From a virus: a stretch of 64,000 nt of DNA. The stretch is taken from IMG/VR virus record IMGVR_UViG_3300035703_000062, positions 10,338 through 74,337 of that record; one strand, 5' to 3'. Positions within the stretch are counted from its first letter, which is position 1. Every line of letters starts with the position of its first letter. A model generated the notes under the pieces. That model ran no database searches. It was not told the origin of the DNA and saw nothing but the letters and a program-made list of their open reading frames with translations. The position numbers and the translations under genes were made by a program. Positions 62,173-64,000 of this stretch are shown one piece after another.

Positions 62173-62568
62173 ATGACAACAACTGCCCACCATCGCGTCA
62201 CCAAGAAAGCTCAAGAGGCCCTTGGCATCACAGTGCTCAACGTGCTGCAGCACTGCGTGGTCATCCGCACTGAGCGTGGCCCTCGCTTCATGAGCCGCAA
62301 GGTGTTTGATTCCTGGGAAGCCAAGCAGCGCATGGCTCGCGCCCAGGCTTGCCACGCTCGCTACATCGCTAACAATGTGTGGATGGTGTTTGATCCCACC
62401 ACCAACACTGACGCCCACACCGTCATTCGCACTGGCGCTAATGCAAAAGGGATCGAAGGCAAGTGGGGCTGCACTTGCACTGACGCTCATTTCATGATGG
62501 AGCGTGGTCAGGAGCCCTGCTGTAAGCACATCCTGGCTGCCCACCTTCAACTCGCTATGGGCTCATGA
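62173..62568 (+). CDS. SWIM zinc-finger protein
   Basis: CTC.D........CKHI.A. Confidence 0.8.
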   Translation: MTTTAHHRVTKKAQEALGITVLNVLQHCVVIRTERGPRFMSRKVFDSWEAKQRMARAQACHARYIANNVWMVFDPTTNTDAHTVIRTGANAKGIEGKWGCTCTDAHFMMERGQEPCCKHILAAHLQLAMGS

Positions 62569-62804
62569 CCGAAATCATCCATCCACCATTGGACTCTCTT
62601 GAAGACAGGCTGGGCGACGCGCTAGGCGTCGCCCTTGGCATGTTGCGTCAGCCAGATACCATCACGAATGCCTCAATGGCAATGGTTGAGAAGGTATTTC
62701 TGGAATGGTGCGACAAGCAGATTGATGCTTTTGGCGGCGAGTCTGTCGAAACAGTGCATCCTGAAGACATTGGAATTTCCTTGGAGCCAGACAACGATGA
62801 CTGA
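62565..62804 (+). CDS. Hypothetical protein
   Basis: ATGA-coupled. Confidence 0.6.
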   Translation: MTEIIHPPLDSLEDRLGDALGVALGMLRQPDTITNASMAMVEKVFLEWCDKQIDAFGGESVETVHPEDIGISLEPDNDD

Positions 62805-62979
62805 AGCTGAAGAAATGGCCGTGAAAGCCGTCATTAAGAAAATCACGCAAGAATCAATTGATGATGGCATCATGGCTGCCGTTGAAATGATTCGCATTGC
62901 AGCTCAAAAGCATCCCGAGTGGAGTTTTGATCAGCTTGCTAACTGCATTGAAGCGACAGTCACCAAGGATAAAGCGTAA
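62797..62979 (+). CDS. Hypothetical protein
   Basis: Overlapping start. Confidence 0.55.
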   Translation: MTEAEEMAVKAVIKKITQESIDDGIMAAVEMIRIAAQKHPEWSFDQLANCIEATVTKDKA

Positions 62980-63004
62980 GTTCTACACACTACGAGGTTC
63001 AACA

Positions 63005-63376
63005 ATGACTCAAGAACACCCGATTACTCCGCCGCCTGAGCTGGTGAACTTGTGGATGTCTGAAGACGCGCCGTGGGACAGTGACAGCTTCGGCGTGCTC
63101 ACTGCCCGCCCTTCACAGCTCCGCCACATCGCCACCCAAGCCGCCCGCTGGGGCGCTGATCAGGAGCTGGATGCGTGCCGTCTATGGGTTTCTGAAAACT
63201 GCGACATCTACAGCGCAGTTGAACTCATCCAGTTCCGCCGCCCCAAGCCGCCGAGCTTGAAAGAGCAGGCGCTGGAGCAGTTGGATGGAATCGCAGCGGT
63301 ATTTCGTATGTTTCACGGTGGCGATCTCGTATGCGACAAAATCCGCCGCGCCCTGGAGGCCCTGCCCGATGACTGA
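63005..63376 (+). CDS. Hypothetical protein (HPITPPPELV..WGADQEL.AC..RRPKPPSLKEQAL family)
   Basis: GAGG RBS; motif pattern recalled from aquatic phage early genes. Confidence 0.7.
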   Translation: MTQEHPITPPPELVNLWMSEDAPWDSDSFGVLTARPSQLRHIATQAARWGADQELDACRLWVSENCDIYSAVELIQFRRPKPPSLKEQALEQLDGIAAVFRMFHGGDLVCDKIRRALEALPDD

Positions 63377-63689
63377 CCACCTCACCTCCCGCGCCCAGTG
63401 TCTAATTGAAGAGTTTGAGTACGGCGAAAGCGTTCGCGAGGGCATTGCCAATGTGCTGCTGCACCTTGCCGTCACCTGGGATAACTACAGCGACGGTGAC
63501 GAGTACTGGCACGGAGTCACGACTGACACCCTTGAAGAGCTTGCCACTGAACTCACGGCTCCAACCCTGCTTGATCGCGCCTTGGCTGGGGATCGTGCTG
63601 CTGCGAGACAGTTCCTGCAGGAGGCGGGCTTTGTTGACGAACACGGCCAACTCACTGCTCCTTATCGACCCGACAATTTCGATGGCTAA
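63369..63689 (+). CDS. Hypothetical protein
   Basis: Overlapping start. Confidence 0.6.
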   Translation: MTDHLTSRAQCLIEEFEYGESVREGIANVLLHLAVTWDNYSDGDEYWHGVTTDTLEELATELTAPTLLDRALAGDRAAARQFLQEAGFVDEHGQLTAPYRPDNFDG

Positions 63690-63930
63690 ACCTCTCTCCC
63701 CCGCCGCGCAGGCGGTGCTGGCCGCCTGTGGCTGCCCCGACCCAGACTCTCCGTTTCGACTGGTAGCGCGAGGCTTTGCCGGCGCCGCCCTGCGAGCTGC
63801 TGCGGATCAGGTAGTGCCGGAGGAGCCGCTTTACGGGGGTGATCAGCGATGGATGTTTGAGCGCGATGCCCGTCAGGCTTGTCGCAAGAAACTCCTCGCC
63901 ATCGCTACCGAATTGGAGGGCATTGAGTGA
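63682..63930 (+). CDS. Hypothetical protein (LSPAAQAVL..AALRAAADQVVP..IA.ELE family)
   Basis: Overlapping start. Confidence 0.65.
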   Translation: MAKPLSPAAQAVLAACGCPDPDSPFRLVARGFAGAALRAAADQVVPEEPLYGGDQRWMFERDARQACRKKLLAIATELEGIE

Positions 63931-64000
63931 AACTTGAGCATAAACGAGCTCTCCGCTGCTTCATCCTTGAGAAACTCAAAGAGGTGACTTGTGTAGACCT

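Noticed and set aside
1-64000. Photosystem genes, integrase, DNA polymerase, introns/inteins, alternative genetic code
   Set aside because: None seen in this window; ORFs are intact under the standard code and core genes have no intein-like inserts

Overview
A 64-kb segment of a long-tailed (lambda-type tail tip) dsDNA phage, most likely infecting picocyanobacteria (Synechococcus/Cyanobium-like). The host is inferred from the Cyano-SP-type RNR, cyanobacterial-type ThyX, a CP12-like gene and a glutamine-II riboswitch/DUF4278 unit. Order: partial nrdA, nrdB, EndoVII-type nuclease, phosphoesterase; a minus-strand island (riboswitch + DUF4278 peptide, hairpin-rich non-coding DNA, CP12-like gene, terL); head module (DUF1073 portal, gpF-like protein, GT4/GT2/methyltransferase cassette, DUF2213 protease-scaffold, DUF2184 capsid); tail module (frameshifted chaperone, 1584-aa tape measure, gpM/L/K/I/J); about 15 kb of fibre/adhesin genes; lysis genes; nucleotide and recombination genes (thyX, mazG, SSB, exonuclease, Sak3); primase-helicase; and early genes with sigma70 promoters. 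Most notable: (1) a deletion scar of a diversity-generating retroelement (avd 5' end joined to an RT 3' end) right behind a DUF1566-type target gene; (2) a dnaX-type -1 frameshift (A AAA AAG + 9-bp hairpin) in a head gene; (3) a copy of the major capsid N-terminal peptide inside the portal C-terminal extension, plus recurring [RK]xD motifs suggesting a protease-processed capsid-cargo system; (4) several unassigned structured ncRNA candidates, including a pseudoknotted RNA of about 180 nt with its own promoter and terminator and a tRNA-like cloverleaf. All family calls are from motif recognition by eye; no searches were run.
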